Of a stretch of DNA of 64,000 nucleotides, positions 42,576-63,639 are shown in pieces. Numbering within the stretch: position 1 is the first letter of the stretch; each line of letters starts with the position of its first letter. The notes below the pieces were generated by a model. The model ran no database searches, was not told the origin of the DNA, and saw nothing but the letters and a program-made list of their open reading frames with translations. The position numbers and the translations under genes are program-made. Origin of the DNA: Eledone cirrhosa (Eukaryota); the NCBI GenBank assembly GCA_964016885.1, contig OZ024740.1:350176001-350240000 (forward strand), read 5' to 3'.

Positions 42576-43912
42576 GACCCCATTTGCTCATAATACCGAG
42601 AGATGGGGAGGGCGAGAGAGATGGAGGCGATGACTTTGGGAATTCGGCTCTTCCGTGTTCGGCCTGGTGTTCATCGTCAGTTGTCCGTAGTGAGATAGTA
42701 GTTTGTACTTAGCGAAGGTTTTTAGAAACTTGTGTTTGCGATTCCTGTATGCATTATGAATAATGGAAAGGTTTTTTTCCTTATAGATGTTACATCAACA
42801 TCTGCAACAACAACCTTACAATCCAGCTAGAGTTGCGATGGGAAGCCAGCATGGCGTGGAAGGTGACCGGCACAGTGACGCAATCACAGTGGATGAAGAC
42901 CGAAAGCCTCAGTGAATGGACTATAACTAAGACATTCAGAGAGTTGCATGAAACCTTTCAGCCAACCTCGTTTCACTGTAAGCACTACTTTAACACTTTC
43001 AATATGAGTGGTTTGTTTTTTCCGTTGCGACTCTTGACAGTGTGATCATTATTTTATTCTTTTACTGCTATGCTGGGGAACATTCTTGATTTAGTCGATT
43101 ACATTGATTACAGAACAGATTTCTTTTTGGTCGAACAGCTAAGTTACGGGGCAGTGACACATTTACAAACGTAAACATTGTCCCTTTCCACACAACCCCC
43201 ACAACCCCCCCATATATATATATATATATATACGACAAGGCAATGATCACACCAATGCTATAGTAGAAGACACTTGCTCAAAGTTCTGCGCAGAGGGAAT
43301 GAACCCAGAACCAGGTGACTGCAAAGTGAACTCCTTAACTACACAACCATGCCTCTGCCTGGTACTTCATTTATCATGTTTGTTTTTATTGCTTAGTCAT
43401 AAGAAAAGGGCAGTCTCCAAATCTAAGACCGTCTTAAATTATATTTGAAGTCCCCTGGCAAAGTGATATACAGAGGCCTTTTACAACAATAATATTATGG
43501 ATATTAAATTTTATTTTTCATGAAGAAGAAGATATCGAATGTCAGAATCCCTGGTCACTGCCCAATGTACCCATCTGATAAGACGACTCTTCTTTCTATC
43601 CTTTGCATTATTTAGACTCCACTAAAGGCATCCAAGGAACAGTGGTCCGTACTTAACAGGGTGACCGATTAAGTATGACTACCACCTAAATAAGCCACCG
43701 TAAAGAGTCGGAACAAATACTACAAAGCATCCTACCTGACCCTCTAACGAGTCCACCAATTCCAGCTGCGAATTGGTACTTTAATTATTGACTCTGCAAA
43801 GATGAAAAGTATAGTTAAACTCGATGAGATTGAACTCAGAACTCAAACTTAGTGTGCCGGAATAAATATTTCCCCATGGTCAGCTCTCGTCGAGTAGACC
43901 GGTGATCAAAAG

Positions 43913-44083
43913 CAGTGTCGGATTTACCATTGTGATTAGGTGTGCACAGGGCCCCGTTGGCAGGAAAGGGCGGGGACATCTTCCTGTCTCCTCCACCCAA
44001 TTTTTATACGATGAATTTTTCAAATGTTTGGGGCCTCTTAACTTAACTAGCACAGGGCCTCATTTGTCCTAAATCCAGCACTG
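43913..44083. mobile_element. hAT-type MITE
   Basis: Imperfect TIRs cagtgtcggattta / taaatccagcactg and an exact 8-bp TSD atcaaaag (43905-43912, 44084-44091). Confidence 0.85.
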
Positions 44084-44156
44084 ATCAAAAGCCTTCTAGC
44101 CACGACCATCCAATTCTTTTCTTAGAGATTGCGCGCCCATAAACACATTATCCAAT

Positions 44157-44463
44157 AATTGTTTCTACTTTTGGCACAAGGCCAGCAATTATCTCAGTGT
44201 ATTACTGGTACTTTATTTTATCGACCCCGTAAGGATGAAAGGCAAAGTTAACCTCGGTGGATTTGAACTCAGACCATAAAAAGCCATAACTCTTCGCTGC
44301 AAAGCATGTCGTCAGATCCTCTACCGATACTGCCAATCCACCGCCCATTATCCAATAATTGTTTCTACTTTTGGCACAAGGCCAGCAATTATTCCAGTGT
44401 ATTACTGGTACTTTATTTTATCGACCCCGTAAGGATTAAAGACAAAGTTAACCTCGGCGGGAT
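44157..44463 (-). mobile_element. Two tandem Deu/Nin-like SINE copies (one near full length, one 5'-truncated)
   Basis: Each copy is bounded by ttatccaataat (~44148, ~44349, ~44463). Confidence 0.85.
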
Positions 44464-44656
44464 TATCCAATAATGCTCTTTTGTAAGACGATAGGGTGTA
44501 GCTTGAGTGAATTTGGCTGTTATTTCTAACAGGTCGAATGTCTGTTAAGAGGTTCCAAACGCGATATCTGAGTACATACAAGTGTAGAGCTTGTATCACT
44601 TCTTTAACAATTTTTCTGCTCGCACATAAACAAACATACAACACAAGCGTAAACAG

Positions 44657-44696
<40 letters not shown>

Positions 44697-45448
44697 ACTT
44701 AAGCGGAAACAGTTAGATATACACTCACACGCACAACGTAAGAGTAAACAGATAGACCCCACACACACAGTGGCACACACAGTGGCACACACACACACAC
44801 ACAGTGGCACACACGCGCACACAGTGACACACACACATAGTGGCACACACACAAAGTGGCACACACACATACACAGTGGCACACACTTACCAACAATTGC
44901 ATAGTATTTGTATTGGAGTAAAAAATCGTAAAAATGAAGTTTCATAACTTAAGCTGTAAAAGTTGTCATAGTATCATGTATTTAAAGTATCATTTGCCTG
45001 CATATCTGAATAGATACGTGCCACACACGCACTCTCTCGCACACTCGCACACACACACACACACACAGACACACACTCACACACACATACACTCACACAC
45101 GTACACACATGCGCCCACACCCACGTATATATTAAAGGAGTAGGTGTGACAGAGTAAAAGAAAAGAGAGAAAAAAGAAGTGAGATAAAGCGAGAGAGAAA
45201 GAATGAGGGAGACAGATCATACAGAGAGAATGGGTTGGGGGCGGAGACAAGTAAGTATATCTAATTATCAGCACACAAACACATATATATGTAATGTTTG
45301 TGTGTTTTCGAGTGAAAGCATGCTTGTTTGTATGTGTGTGTGTGCGTGCGTGACTGTGCGTATAGCCAATATACTTACAAATAAGTTAGTCAACTATGCG
45401 CTCTCCTTTTATAACTATAACGGTTATTTGAAAGCCGGTAGACAAGCT

Positions 45449-45521
45449 GGCCGCGTGGCCTAATGGATAAGGCGTCTGACTTCGAATCAGAAGATTGCGA
45501 GTTCGAGTCTCGTCGTGGTCG
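45449..45521 (+). tRNA. tRNA-Arg-TCG: tRNA-Arg (TCG)
   Basis: GGCCGCGTGGCCTAATGGATAAGGCGTCTGACTTCGAATCAGAAGATTGCGAGTTCGAGTCTCGTCGTGGTCG; T-run terminator downstream. Confidence 0.96.
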
Positions 45522-46438
45522 AAGCTAAATTTTTTTTGGAAGTTGTAAAATGTTTTGATATCTATATTGTTTATTAGTTCAAAAGCACTATTTTGTTTTG
45601 CTTTTTCCAGAGTTGTATTTTTCTGATTAATTTGAAGGCGCTGGGATTATTGTGTTAGGCTTAAGATCGTAAGTTCGTGAGATCGATTTACGGACTGGGC
45701 GGCGCGTTGAGTCCTTGAGCAAGACATTTTATTTCACGTTGCTCCTGACCACTCAGATGGCGAAATTCAAGCGTCCAGCCACGTCCCACATTATGTCACG
45801 CTAAATCTCTCAGCTACCGACACACTAATTTCAAGAGCAGATAGTTCCGTCGATTTAATCAAATGGAACACTCGTCGTTAGAAAAGACAGATGCCAAACA
45901 TTTTCTTTTAAATTATATACTAGAATTTTCATTCTATTCATGGTTTTAATTTTTATGTTATGAATTGTTCAAGCTTTTGAATTTCTGTCTATGATTAGTA
46001 GAACAGCTGTTGATGCTGAGAGGGTGGTGGATTGGCAGAACCTTTAGAGTCTGGGACAAGTTGCCTTGCGGTATTTGTGTCAGTTCTTTACGTTCAGAAT
46101 CTAAATGTCACCAAGGTCAATTTTGCCTTTTATCATTCTTTTGGGGTCGGTAAAATAAAGTACCAGTAAACTTCTAGGATCGAATTAACTGACTTCCCCT
46201 CTCCTCGAAATACTGGTTCTCTGCAAAAATTAAAAACCACAGTTATACAGAGATAGGATAAAAAATGTTCCAGCCACCAATACCTTTTCTTTAATTCCGA
46301 CACTCTATCGTAACAATGTTTTTTCCTAATTTTTGTTGTAGTTCTTAGAGAGTTTGCCGAGATTCCATGGAGATTTACAGATCAAATGACCACATAAAAA
46401 CTCCCATGTCACGGATTAAAACAAAAAGTGCATGTATT

Positions 46439-46511
46439 TGACCACAACGAGACTCGAACTCGCAATCTTCTGATTCGAAGTCAGACGCCTTATCCATTAG
46501 GCCACGCGGCC
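46439..46511 (-). tRNA. tRNA-Arg-TCG: tRNA-Arg (TCG), second copy, convergent
   Basis: Reverse complement of 45449-45521 with two substitutions near the 3' end; TTTTT lies downstream on the minus strand. Confidence 0.88.
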
Positions 46512-46609
46512 AATCGGTTTAGCTATCGTTAAATAATCCTTATATTTGTTAAACCGGATAATGTTCGTAGATGGCGTTGTTTGTGTAGCAGCCGAGTGAA
46601 ATACTGCCC

Positions 46610-46791
46610 GATGGCAGTATCGGTAGAGGGTTGGACGCCATGCTTTGATGCATAGAGTTACGGCCCTTGCCATTCTGAGTTCAAATCCCGCCTAGGTTAA
46701 CTTTGCCTTTCATCCTTACGGGGTCGATAAAATAAAGTACCAGTAATGCACTGGGATAATTGCTGGCCTTGTGCCAAAAGTAGAAACAATT
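46610..46791 (+). mobile_element. Deu/Nin-like SINE, near full length
   Basis: A-box-like tggcagtatcgg, B-box gagttcaaatccc, and conserved gcctttcatccttacggggtcgataaa. Confidence 0.85.
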
Positions 46792-47373
46792 ATATAGACA
46801 CCATCTCTGTCCAGGAGAAGAGTTTAAGGCTATATTTACTGTTTCCTTCGGCATAATAACTTAGGGGAATTTTTCTATGACAGGGAAATTAAGCACCACA
46901 CCGCTTATTGATACACGTACCTCAGGTGACGTCATTTCCATGTTGTCTTGGTATAGTGAGATCTACCAGAATGAAGAGCTCCAACACCTCAGTACCTCCT
47001 TTTTCTACATCAAACTACACAGCGGCCATACCTATTACAAACCAAGCCTCAACAACACCTTTCACTAATACTATATAAATACATAGAAGAGATTTCGCCA
47101 TTAAGACTTCCGGGTTTCTCGGTTTCCGGAATACCGCATTCATTAACGAATTCGGATAAGGGCATCGCCTCCATGGAAGAAGCCCTGCGAGGTGGATTGA
47201 CTGATGCAGCGTTGTTGTCCGTGGCAATGCTTTTCTCCATTTTGTCCGTGCAGCGTAGCTATGACTTTCCGTCTGGCCAAGGGTGTTGACTTTGCACTCC
47301 TCTCACTTTCTTCCACATTTCTATATTTCTGAGAGAGAGCAAACGAGAGAGAGCTATATACATACATACATAT

Positions 47374-47495
<122 letters not shown>

Positions 47496-47496
47496 G

Positions 47497-47562
<66 letters not shown>

Positions 47563-47958
47563 CACATATATATATATATATACATATACATATATGATAT
47601 AATAATAATACAAAGACGAGTGGTTACTCTTTCGTTACGTTTATTGGTTGTTGACACGCGTTTCGCTACTGATCAGCTCAAGGTTCGATCTGGCGCGACT
47701 CTGGAATCAAAAGCTCGTCGGACCTCTGTAGTAGTAATGTAGGAGTCAATGTATTGTATTACACTCTGTCTAGCTCTGCACCTCGATACTGAGGTGAACC
47801 TAAAACATTGAGTGCTCAGCCGTGTGAACCTACAGTAACTCCGCGTTACACTCCCTGGATAGAGATGTCAACATGAATGGACCTGTTATTTTTATCTAAA
47901 GACATTTTTTTCCAATTCCAACCCGCTCGTCCCCTCAATCTATCTTATTTCTCATTCT

Positions 47959-47996
47959 TTCTTCTAATGAAGGACTAACGTCCTAAACGTTAAGAA
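47959..47996 (+). ncRNA. Degenerate minimal hammerhead (two core substitutions)
   Basis: ttctt-CTAATGA-a-ggac-taac-gtcc-TAAA-cg-TT-aagaa; stems intact, core mutated. Confidence 0.6.
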
Positions 47997-48099
47997 CCTC
48001 TTCCTGCTATATCAAGCATTAACCTAATATATCCCTTCCATATACTGTACCGATTGTGTTGTTATTTCTGTTTACCTTTTACATATACATATATATATA

Positions 48100-48886
<787 letters not shown>

Positions 48887-48917
48887 AATATATATATATA
48901 TATATATATATATTTAA

Positions 48918-48952
<35 letters not shown>

Positions 48953-48984
48953 TAAATATATATATGTATATATATATATATATT

Positions 48985-49218
<234 letters not shown>

Positions 49219-49260
49219 TAGAATTCACATGAATCAAAGTTCTGTTCAAACCATTTATTA

Positions 49261-49305
49261 GCTTACAATTGTTTCGTCCAAACCGAGGTTTGGAGTCTTC
49301 GGAGC
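49261..49305 (-). ncRNA. Type I hammerhead-like motif (CCGAAGA variant) downstream of the PLE at 50759-52380
   Basis: Minus strand: gct-CCGAAGA-c-tccaaac-ctcg-gtttgga-c-GAAA-caattg-TA-agc. Confidence 0.68.
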
Positions 49306-50758
49306 AATTTTTCAATGATTGTTTACATACATGACCTCCTTTCCAACACAAGAGACATACATATACATATGTATATATTGATGCACAGTGGGGTGACATC
49401 CATTATAATATTTTTACATGGCAATTTAAATTCAAAAATTAAAATCATATTAGAACAAAATTAAAGTTAAAATAAAACATCGGCAGTTTATGAAGATAAT
49501 ACAAGAGGATAGTTTGTTAGTCAGTTGAAGTAGTTAGTGCATGCAATAGTTACACGTGGGGCATGCATATATAAGATTATTGTGCGGCAAGGTGTTATAT
49601 GCAATACAAGCACTTTAAGCGGGTAATCAAGAGTATTATGGAGGTTGTAGTGGTAAAGTATTTTTAGTGTATGATAAAGAAGCTTGTGTGCATAGAAATA
49701 TTATAAATGAGAAGCAAAATAATGTTATGGTTTTTGTATACACCACCATTTTCACAATCCAGGAAACGTAATATATAGTTTATATGTCCTTTACATAATT
49801 AACGATGATTCAGTATTGGATGTTTGATGTATTAAGTTAAATTATAACAGCTTGTTGCGGCTCAGTGTTCTTTAATCCAATTTTATAGAGCAGGTTGTTT
49901 CTGTTGCGAGAATTTACATCGTTTTATTTTCCGGAAGTATGTGTGTGATTAAGGAGAGTTAAGGCGTGAGGGGAGGTAACTAGCTGATTTCTATAACTAA
50001 ATTTATTATTCCAATGTACATTAAAAGGTGTCTCAATTGAGTCCCTTATATATATGGTTATATACAGTTTCCAAATTTAAGTATCCTATCTTTAAATTAC
50101 AGTCTACTCTATCAAGAAGTACTAAAGGTATCTATATTAGGATGATTACTCCCTATCATAGAGTGCTACAACTGAATATTCCATACGAAGAGTCAGATCT
50201 CCATATCAATGTTCTTTGTAAATGTAGTCTACTCACAGAACCTGACAGGGTCTTATTAGAACCACGTCTATATATAACCCCTGGTAAGCTCTGGGTCAGC
50301 GCATGGCTGATTTCATGGCAAACTTAAATATCTCTAGGGTAGACAAAAGAGCAATTCTCACTTACAATGTCATTAATCTGTCTATCAAGTTATACATGTA
50401 TGTATAACTCATACATAATTCATTGTACTCAACATATAGGTTATATAGCTCTTTTATTTTAATAAATTAATCTTCTATTTATCTAATGATAGCACTCCAT
50501 ACATACAACAACATTTGCACAAATAATTCATTGTATAAAGTTTACATATAATTATATAGTGATATAATGTAGTCTAAGTAATTGAAGGTTATTATACTAA
50601 AAGTAGGTGTACATGGGGATATTTCTAGGGTATAAGGTTTTAGACAGATGTCACGAATTGTGTTAAGGTAGGGTGGATCATTGAGTGTGGAGTTGCGGTG
50701 TAAGGTGTGCCCTTGAGGTGTGTTGCCAGAAATGGTGATGGGTTCAAGTCTGACATTG

Positions 50759-52385
50759 CTATATATTGGGTTTAAAGTTTTGGAAGGAGTGTCGGAAGCG
50801 GTGCTGGCATGACGCGAACACTTCTGATTTTTTATTAAGGAGATTATGGTTTGAGAAGATAATAGTATGGGTCTCTAGTAGACAGAAGTTACACAATTTA
50901 TTAGGTGGTTTGTATGATGTCGCCTTACCTATCACTTCCCATTTAAGTGTATAAGATCTATTTTTAGTTTTTAGATAGTGTATGTAGCTAGATAGTGAAG
51001 TGGAGTTGGCTAGACTGTGTTTTTTTAAAGAATGGAGGTGCGAATTGTATCTGGTTTTGAAGCAGTTTGAAGTAGAGCCTATATAGGTTTCAGAAGAGTT
51101 GCTAGTTGTGACGGTGAATGAGTATATGATATCCTTGATTAAGCATTTTTTATCTAAAGGGCAGGTACTATTAGATCTACAGTTACAATTATTTTGGATG
51201 TTAGCCTGCCGGTTATTATGTTGTGTAGAAGTCTGGATGGTAGCTGTAGGATTATGGTTATGGAGATTGTCGTTCCCAGCGTTATTGCTTACACTAGTGC
51301 TATTACTATTATTACTATTGTTATGGTTAGTTGATATAATGTTATTTTGAAGGTTTACCCCTTGTTGTGGTTTAGTTTGTTGGAAGTAAGAATTAATTTT
51401 TCTTTTATTGCTACTAGCTATGTGGTATGCTATGTTAGGCGTGGTAGAGTAGGAGATTTTAATTGTGTTTTTGTTTAAAAGGCTATGGTACTTGTGGCCA
51501 GATGGGAAGTTTTTATCTAGGAGTGAGAGGAAAGCCTTAGGTAGGTTGGTAGAGACGTTTAGATTGAAAGGAGGGTTGAAAAAAGTATTATTTCTTCTTC
51601 TATTTTTGTTTTTTATGTCTGGTGAGTTGTTTCCGTTTATGGTACTATGGTAACTTCTGTGGTGTGGGTTACGTTTGTTGGCATCCTTCGTATTAGTGTG
51701 TGTGTGGTTGCTATTCTTATTACTAATTTTCCTCATGGACATATTGTGCGAAATAATGTTGTAGCTATGTGTTTTTGTAGGTAGGAAGTCGATCTCCCTT
51801 ATGGCCTGATCTAGCTAATGCCTGATTATAATATTGCGATTTTTTGCTAAATATGTTTACGTCATAGGATAGATTAGAGATTCTATTGGATACTCCCTTA
51901 GAGATAGAGTTTAATATTGATCTAGGGTGGGTTAAACTTGGTATCTACGTAAATCAGTTTTTCGTTAGGTTTATGGAAAGGTGTATATATCCTTGAGTCT
52001 AGGTAGAGGGTGGCGTCTAGGAAGTTAAAGTTTTTAGTGTTTTTGTCTATGGTGATACTTAGGTTATAGTTTTTGAAAGTCTTGTGCAATAGTTTTCTAG
52101 TTCTTTCTATATTGAATTTTTTATAGTGTATAAGTAGAAGTGCATCATCGCGGTACAAACCACCGTTGAGGTATGGAAGGTCCTTATGGATTTCGTTAAG
52201 TAAATATAGGCCGTCCAAATCAGTGACCTGCGCCGAGTCACTAGATCCCATGGTTATGTCGAAGTTGTTTTGCATATCTTTGCGGGTCCATAATTTGTCT
52301 TCAAAGGTGATTACGGTTTTACGGGCCGCAAGTATGACATCAATCTGGGGTCTAATCAGGCCACTATTGTTCATGGCCATGATTA
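50759..52385 (-). mobile_element. 5'-truncated PLE: RT C-terminal half plus GIY-YIG
   Basis: FDITMGSSDSAQV, GLYRDD, NFLDATL, FNPPFNLNVSTN, CNCRSNSTCPL, YIGSTSNCFKTRYNSH, CNFCLLE. Confidence 0.92.
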
Positions 52386-53400
52386 GTGCCTTATTTAGGA
52401 GCAAATTTTGGAATAGAATAGAAAGAACTAGGAATAAGGTTAATAGAATAAACTCATGGTATAATAGCAATCAATACCAGAGTTTAATGTTCATCAATAC
52501 AACCCCTAGAAGTGAATTAGCTTACAAATTTAGAAGGGCCCTAGATACTAACTTAATATTAAGATAGTAGAAAGACCAGGTATCTCCATAAAAACGCTTA
52601 TTAGCAATACATACCCTTTTCAAAGACCTCCCTGTATAGATGAGAAATGCATAATCTGTAAACTAAGCCCCCATATTAACTGTAAAACTAGAAATGTAGT
52701 ATATAGCATAAGATGTACTGAAGGACAATGTAAAGATAAGAATATAGTGTACATAGGTGAGACAGCTCGTAGCATAGAAGAACGATTAAATGAACACTGG
52801 CGAGAACTTCAAGATAAAAAAGAATCATCAATACTCCACCAACATGCTAAAATAGAACATAAGGGCAAATTAGAGAACATGGAAATAAAAATAGAATCTA
52901 GACACAGAAAAGACGCAATGTTTAGACAAATCACAGAGGCAATAAACATAAATGAACTCCAACCAAAATTAAATAGAAAACATGAATGGAATAGCAACAT
53001 CACAGCTTACAATTAAGGACAAAATGAAAATACACACACACATAGAACAAACAACTAACCAGTAACATGTAAATAAACAAATAAAAACACACACAGACAC
53101 CCGGATGTAACACATGCGCAAAATAAGCACACAACACGCACAAAAACAAGATAGCGTAGGACAGAACAAAAGAGAGGCATAAAACAAAGAAAAGAATCCC
53201 CAGTTACTGAAGAGGTCACAGAATGTGTGACGAAAGAACTTTGACAATATATGAACAACCGTCCGGTTATGAAACCAACCAACAAACCGGAAATTTATAA
53301 ATTTAAGAATTTATAAATTTAATTTATAATAAATTGGAGTGAAAGAAACTGGTGCGTGTGTTTCTTATTGGCAACATGACCCGCCCAAAGCATAACAGTA
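52386..53400 (+). mobile_element. 3' fragment of the PLE family seen at 598-1962, with pLTR
   Basis: CKTRNVVYSIRCTEG..., YIGETARSIEERLNEH...RQITEAININELQPKLNRKHEW. Confidence 0.88.
53203..53245 (+). ncRNA. Minimal type I hammerhead in PLE 3' pLTR
   Basis: gtta-CTGAAGA-g-gtcaca-gaatg-tgtgac-GAAA-gaac-TT-tgac. Confidence 0.7.
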
Positions 53401-53507
53401 TATTTATATATTCATATTTATATATATATTTATATATATATATATATATAGTGGTGGAACACTGGAAGGTAATATCCGTAGTGGTAGAGCACTCAGTCCA
53501 AGGGACG

Positions 53508-53656
53508 AGTTAGGTAGAAGTGGTTACACAACAGTTAGTTCACCATACCGAGAACAATTGTTTCACGTTCGCGGATCTTCAGCTGAAGATCCGCGAAGGT
53601 GAAACAGTTGTTCTCGGTATGTTGAACTAACTGTTGTGTAACCACTTCTACCTAAC

Positions 53657-53657
<1 letters not shown>
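53508..53657. repeat. 150-bp near-perfect loopless palindrome with back-to-back HHR cores
   Basis: Centre tcttcag|ctgaaga at 53582/53583; the right arm reads CTGAAGA-t-cc-gcgaa-gg-t-GAAA-cagttg-TT-ct. Confidence 0.88.
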
Positions 53658-53732
<75 letters not shown>

Positions 53733-53736
<4 letters not shown>

Positions 53737-54575
53737 GGAATAGAATGAAATGAAATTTCATTTCTCACTCTAAGTACGGCAGTTACTTAAATGTAAGTAT
53801 GTATGTATGTATACGTACATACATATATGTATACAGACGTACAGTAGTATGTATATATATACATACATGCACACATATATATATATGCACGCGTCGGTTT
53901 ACCGAACATTTATTATAATGCTCGGTTTGTTTGTAAACAAACAGCCCGAATTACGCCGTACAGTGTTTAGGCGACCACGTCACCTTTTTGTTCAACACTG
54001 ACACAGGAACGATGTACTAGTTTCAAGCTTATTAGCTATCGTCAGCATCGTATACCTTCCTGCCAGATGGTTGAACGTCTGAAAGTATATACTTTCCTTA
54101 TGCATATTAATGGCTGAGCAGCCTAATTTGCATATCGAGTGAGTTTAGTCGGCTGGGCGCACCGAAAACGATAAATGGAATAGAATGAAACGAAATTTCA
54201 TTTCTCACTCTTAGTACGGCAGTTACTTAAATGTAAGTATGTATGTATGTATACGTACATACATATATGTATACAGACGTACAGTAGTATGTATATAGAT
54301 ACATACATGCACACATATATATATGCACGTATCGGTTTACCGAACATTTATTATAATGCTCGGTTTGTTTGTAAACAAACAAACAACCCGAATTTCGCCG
54401 TACAGCGTTTAGGCGACCACGTCACCTTTTTGTTCAACACTGACACAGGAACGATGTACTAGTTTCAAGCTGATTAGCTATCGGCAGCATCGTATACCTT
54501 CCTGCCAGATGGTTGAACGTCTGAAAGTATATTCTTTCCTCATGCATATTAACTGTTGAGCAGCCTAATTTGTAT
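53733..54575 (-). repeat. Head-to-tail dimer of the family A HHR repeat (~442-bp period)
   Basis: HHRs at 54009-54051 and 54451-54493, 442 bp apart. Confidence 0.9.
54009..54051 (-). ncRNA. Type I hammerhead ribozyme (family A subfamily), intact core
   Basis: Minus strand: acgatg-CTGACGA-t-agct-aata-agct-t-GAAA-ctag-TA-catcgt. The second copy (54451-54493) has CTGCCGA. Confidence 0.87.
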
Positions 54576-54699
54576 ATATTTATATATATATATATTATTT
54601 CCGTATATGATTCTTTGCCTGTGTTCTTACAATTTTATTTCTATGATTTTTTGTTCACAATTGCCTGTGTTTTTACCTTTATGATATTTTGTCTTTAAT

Positions 54700-59250
<4,551 letters not shown>

Positions 59251-59355
59251 TATATATATATATATGTATATCTATATATATATATATAAATATGCTGCTA
59301 CCTTGATTATTTTTGCGCCGACGCAGCGGATTTCTCTAATTCTGGATGTTATTCT

Positions 59356-59431
<76 letters not shown>

Positions 59432-59524
59432 GTATATATATATATATAAATATATATATATAAATGTATATATAAATATATATATATTATATATATATAT
59501 ATATAAATATATATATATAAATGT

Positions 59525-59555
<31 letters not shown>

Positions 59556-59558
59556 AAT

Positions 59559-59627
<69 letters not shown>

Positions 59628-59638
59628 AATATATATAA

Positions 59639-59690
<52 letters not shown>

Positions 59691-59702
59691 ATATTTATAT
59701 AT

Positions 59703-62220
<2,518 letters not shown>

Positions 62221-62233
62221 ATATATATATATT

Positions 62234-62268
<35 letters not shown>

Positions 62269-62271
62269 ATT

Positions 62272-62324
<53 letters not shown>

Positions 62325-62347
62325 ATATATTCATATATATATATATT

Positions 62348-62398
<51 letters not shown>

Positions 62399-62399
62399 T

Positions 62400-62438
<39 letters not shown>

Positions 62439-62447
62439 ATATATATT

Positions 62448-62526
<79 letters not shown>

Positions 62527-62597
62527 ATACATATATTTATATATATATATATATATATTTATATATAGATATATATATATTTATATATATATATATA

Positions 62598-62695
<98 letters not shown>

Positions 62696-62720
62696 ATATA
62701 TTTATATATATTTATATATA

Positions 62721-63200
62721 AGTTGAAAAAAGTGAAAACGAAATTTCTTTTCTCACTCTTAGTATGGCACTGTACGTCTGTATACATATATGTATGTACG
62801 TATACATACATACTTACATTTAAGTAAGTGCCATACTAAGAGTGAGAAATGAAATTTCGTTTTCATTTTTTTCAACTTATCGTTTTCGGTATGCCTGACC
62901 GATTTAACTCACTCAATATGCAAATTAGGCTGCTCAGACGTTAATTTTCATAAGGAAAGTATATACTTTCGAACGTTCAACTATCTGGCAGATGGGTATA
63001 CGGTGCTGATGATAGCTAACAAGCTTGGAACTAGTACGTCGTTCCTGTGTCAGTGTTGTACAAAAAGGTGACGTGGTTGCCTTAACACCGTATGGCATAA
63101 ATTCAGGCTGTTCAGTTTGTTTACAAACGAACAAAGCGGCGCTATAATAAGCGTCCGCTAAACTCATGCGTGCATATATGTATGTGTACCTGTATGTATA
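62721..63200 (+). repeat. Family A HHR repeat monomer with short inverted head; HHR at 63000-63042 has GAAA changed to GGAA
   Basis: Near-identical to 9180-9610. Confidence 0.88.
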
Positions 63201-63296
63201 TATATGTATATATATATATATTTATATATATATATTTATATATTTATATATATATATATATTTATATATATATTTATATATATATATTTATATATA

Positions 63297-63341
<45 letters not shown>

Positions 63342-63499
63342 TTATATATATGTATATATTTATATATATATATATATTTATATATTTATATATATATATA
63401 TAAATATAAGTATGTGTTTCGTTTTCATTTTATTTCAACTTATATAAATATATATATATATATATATATAAATATAAATATATATATATATATTTATAT

Positions 63500-63549
<50 letters not shown>

Positions 63550-63639
63550 CTCTAGTCGATCGACTTTCGTCAAATCGGACCAAGGAAACAATGTTTCCGT
63601 TGGTCTTTCCAGTTGCTAGTACTATCTATCGGTCGCAAC

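Noticed and set aside
46860-47330. Short non-repetitive ORFs on both strands
   Set aside because: No recognisable motif and frequent stops; cannot be supported as coding.
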